The notes under the pieces are model-generated. The model ran no database searches. It had not been told where the DNA came from and saw only the letters and a program-made list of their open reading frames with translations. 56,191 bases of DNA. Origin: Planctomycetota bacterium (GTDB lineage: Bacteria > Planctomycetota > Phycisphaerae > SM23-33). Both the position numbers and the translations under genes were made by a program. The first letter of the stretch is position 1, and the number at the start of each line of letters is the position of its first letter. Of the stretch, positions 53,811-56,191 are shown in pieces. The stretch is taken from positions 1 through 56,191 of the forward strand of contig JAXHSV010000001.1 in assembly GCA_034190305.1 (NCBI GenBank). Direction: 5' to 3'.

Positions 53811-56191
53811 ATGAGTCCCGGTTCGCGACTGACTAGGTGGTCCGCTCGTCATTACAAGACGGTAACAGCGATCGTCTCTACGGTAACGATCCTGACGGCT
53901 CTTGTGTCGGTATTACCGTCGCTGTTGCCAGATTCCCTGCCTTTCATGCACGCTGTCCGCGTCGATACCGATCCGGAGAATATGCTGTCGGCTGACGAAC
54001 CGGTGCGCATCTTCCACGACGAGATGAAAAAGACTCTCTCGCTGCACGATATTGTCGTAGTGGGCGTGGTTAACGAGCAGCATCCCGACGGCGTATTCAA
54101 CCCGGAATCTCTGCGAAAGGTCCACGAACTTACCGAATTCGCAAAAAAACTCACGGGTTATTCGGACGAGGGTAGAAAGGCGGGTCTTAAACCGGGCGAG
54201 GGAGTCATCGCCGCCGACATTATCGCGCCATCTACGGTCGATAACATCATTCCCATTGCCGGCGGGGTAAAATTTGAATGGCTGATGCCTGAACCGCCGA
54301 AGACCGCACAGGCCGCTCGAGAGGTTCTTGCAAATGCACAGCGAATTCCGTTTTTTCGAGGAACTATGGTCCCGCCGAAAGACGGCGATGCCCAGGCAGT
54401 CTGCATTTACCTGCCTATTACCTCCAAGAACATCAGTTATAAGATTTACCGCGCCGTCAACGGCGAGATCGCAAAACTCGGCGGCCCCGAGAAATTTCAC
54501 GTTACGGGCCTGCCGGTCGCCGAGGACACCTTCGGCGTGGAGATGTTTATTCAGATGGGCATCTCCGCACCGGCAGCGATGTTTATCATCTTCGTCCTGA
54601 TGCTGGCGTTCTTCCGAAAACTTCTGCTGGTTATCTCGCCGATGATCGTTGCGCTGGTCTCGGTGATTATTACTATGGGATCGCTGATAATCGCGGGCTT
54701 TCCCGTTCATATAATGAGCAGCATGATCCCTATCTTCATCATGCCCATTGCCGTACTGGACAGCATCCACATTATCAGCGAGTTCTTCGAGAAGTATCAG
54801 GCTACCAGGGACCGCAGAAGGACGATCATGGCGGTAATGGACGATTTGTTCATGCCGATGCTGTACACTTCGCTGACATCGGCGGCGGGTTTCGCCTCCC
54901 TCGCACTTACACCGATCCCGCCGGTGCAGGTATTCGGCATATTCGTAGCGGCCGGTATAATGGTCGCCTGGCTGCTTACGGTAACGTTTATCCCCGCTTA
55001 CGTTATGTTCATTTCGCCAAAGACGCTTGAGAACTTCGGCGCGAAATACCACAGACCCAAAGGCAAAACCGCAAGAGGGACGCGGGGTGGTTCGCTGATG
55101 TCGAAGTTCCTCGACTGGATGGGCGGGGCGACCTGGCGGCGGGCAAAACCGATTCTTGCGTTTTCGTTGGTGTTGCTGGTCGTCGCAGGATGGGGCATCA
55201 GCCGGATAAACATCAACGATAACCCCATCAAATGGTTTACGCCGACTCATCCCATCCGCGAGGCTGATCGCGTCCTGAACAACCATTTCGGCGGGACATA
55301 CATGGCCTATCTTGCGATGGAATATACCGAGCCGCCGTTTGACGCGGCTCAATACGCCGCCGATCTGGCCAAACGGGCGGACAAAAGATCAGGCGATATC
55401 GCTGCGCTGGTGGAAAAAATAGCGCCGAACGCCAAGGCCTCTGCCGCTGAAAGCGACTCGTTCGAGACCTTTTTCAGCAAGTTGAAAGACAGGCTTCGAC
55501 CGAATCCCGATACCGCCGGCGATGGGGACCTGTCGGCCTGGACGGCAGTGGAGGGATTTTTGGACAGAGAACTGGACCGCCTGGAATTTGCCGAACCTCA
55601 TGCCGATTTCGACAAGAATAAAACACCCCTTGCCTTGGGTGAAATGGCCAAAGCATTCAGCGAAACATTCAAGGCCCTGGTCGTAAGGATGAAAAGTAAG
55701 GCAGAGTCGATTGCTTCAAAACCACCAGCGTCGCGTGCTGTTTTTCTGGATGGACTTGAAGACCTTGACGGGCTTCTGCTTGTTTCCGGACCGGACGCAA
55801 CTATGACAAGGGAAGGACGCCTGACTATTGACGCTGCTAAGGCCGCCGCAAGGTTCCTTATTGGCGAAGAACGGCAATTGCATGAAGTTTTCAAGCGGCC
55901 TGAGGTCTTGGCGCACATGAAGGGACTTTCCGGGGCAATGGCGGGGACAGGCATCGTCGGAAAGAGCAATTCTCTGGTGGAGATTGTCGAGACGGTCAAC
56001 CGCGATCTGCACGCCGGCCGGAGCGAGTACGAACGGATTCCCGGCAACCGTAAGGCCGTCGGTTCATGCATCACGCAGTTCACCTCCAGCCACCGCCCTC
56101 AGGACCTCTCGCACTTCGTTACCACGGACGATTACCAGACGGCGAGCATGTGGGTTCAACTCAAAAGCGGCGACAATAAGGACATGTCCGC
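53811..56191 (+). CDS. MMPL/RND-superfamily (HpnN-like) membrane transporter, 3' end outside the window; absent from the supplied ORF track
   Basis: I translated it by hand from the ATG at 53811 with no stop up to 56191. The protein has VRVDTDPENML, a TM bundle (GISAPAAMFIIFVLMLAFFRKLLLVISPMIVALVSVIITMGSLIIAGFPVHIMSSMIPIFIMPIAVLDSIHIISEF) and TSLTSAAGFASLALTPIPPVQVFG. Confidence 0.8.
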   Translation, partial: MSPGSRLTRWSARHYKTVTAIVSTVTILTALVSVLPSLLPDSLPFMHAVRVDTDPENMLSADEPVRIFHDEMKKTLSLHDIVVVGVVNEQHPDGVFNPESLRKVHELTEFAKKLTGYSDEGRKAGLKPGEGVIAADIIAPSTVDNIIPIAGGVKFEWLMPEPPKTAQAAREVLANAQRIPFFRGTMVPPKDGDAQAVCIYLPITSKNISYKIYRAVNGEIAKLGGPEKFHVTGLPVAEDTFGVEMFIQMGISAPAAMFIIFVLMLAFFRKLLLVISPMIVALVSVIITMGSLIIAGFPVHIMSSMIPIFIMPIAVLDSIHIISEFFEKYQATRDRRRTIMAVMDDLFMPMLYTSLTSAAGFASLALTPIPPVQVFGIFVAAGIMVAWLLTVTFIPAYVMFISPKTLENFGAKYHRPKGKTARGTRGGSLMSKFLDWMGGATWRRAKPILAFSLVLLVVAGWGISRININDNPIKWFTPTHPIREADRVLNNHFGGTYMAYLAMEYTEPPFDAAQYAADLAKRADKRSGDIAALVEKIAPNAKASAAESDSFETFFSKLKDRLRPNPDTAGDGDLSAWTAVEGFLDRELDRLEFAEPHADFDKNKTPLALGEMAKAFSETFKALVVRMKSKAESIASKPPASRAVFLDGLEDLDGLLLVSGPDATMTREGRLTIDAAKAAARFLIGEERQLHEVFKRPEVLAHMKGLSGAMAGTGIVGKSNSLVEIVETVNRDLHAGRSEYERIPGNRKAVGSCITQFTSSHRPQDLSHFVTTDDYQTASMWVQLKSGDNKDMS

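Noticed and set aside
53913-55352. 479-aa minus-strand ORF (with a further 161-aa ORF at 55598-56083)
   Set aside because: The composition is extremely Arg/His/Asp-rich with no motifs. It lies exactly antisense to a clean MMPL transporter frame, so it is a shadow ORF in GC-rich DNA.

Overview
This is a moderately GC-rich bacterial chromosomal segment. It is gene-dense and mostly housekeeping. By inference only, it looks Planctomycetota or Phycisphaerae-like: a Cys-type sulfatase with an anSME maturase, a sulfatase C-terminus ending in MPRIAPA, and many TPR and PD40 proteins.

Recognisable genes:
- pfkA, miaA, pheT, phoH-pgpH, cdsA, uppS and purA.
- An ABC1/UbiB-like kinase with a phasin-like partner.
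- rpsB-tsf-pyrH-frr followed by tRNA-Lys(UUU) and tRNA-Glu(UUC).
- groES-groEL, an HU protein, nrdR, a Na/Pi cotransporter and guaB.
- An MMPL/RND transporter that runs off the right edge and is missing from the supplied ORF track.
- Two type II toxin-antitoxin pairs, Phd/VapC and HicB/HicA.

I saw no integrase, transposase, CRISPR array, rRNA or phage genes.

Four things stand out.

1. Three integrase-less cassettes each sit directly behind a host gene, and each is bracketed by two direct copies of that gene's last codons plus its stop codon. They are Phd/VapC (about 1 kb), HicBA (about 0.57 kb), and a 4.2-kb operon of an aminotransferase, two amidohydrolases and an enolase-superfamily enzyme.

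2. A superfamily of palindromic intergenic elements fills almost every short spacer, including spacers inside the groES-groEL and rpsB-tsf-pyrH-frr operons. Their arms are 3-4 tandem copies of a 7-9 nt unit. There are at least four sequence flavours: CAGAGA/CAAAGA, AATCCGAAA, GGTAGTC/GGTAGCC and AAATGCC. One pair of arms brackets tRNA-Lys.

3. A set of accessory carbohydrate-related genes is decayed.
- The sulfatase has an in-frame stop, an internal deletion and a frameshift.
- Its anSME maturase is frameshifted.
- A GH43 gene is broken by a 4x 10-bp tandem repeat that creates a TAA, and also by a frameshift.
- A DUF4832-like lipoprotein gene is frameshifted.
- All core genes are intact.

4. 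There are several unexplained structured elements.
- A 172-bp MITE-like unit.
- A nested palindrome upstream of rpsB.
- A 22-bp palindrome in a divergent promoter region.
- A GCCCAGCCATT hairpin family.

All calls come from reading the sequence and the ORF translations. No database search was run.
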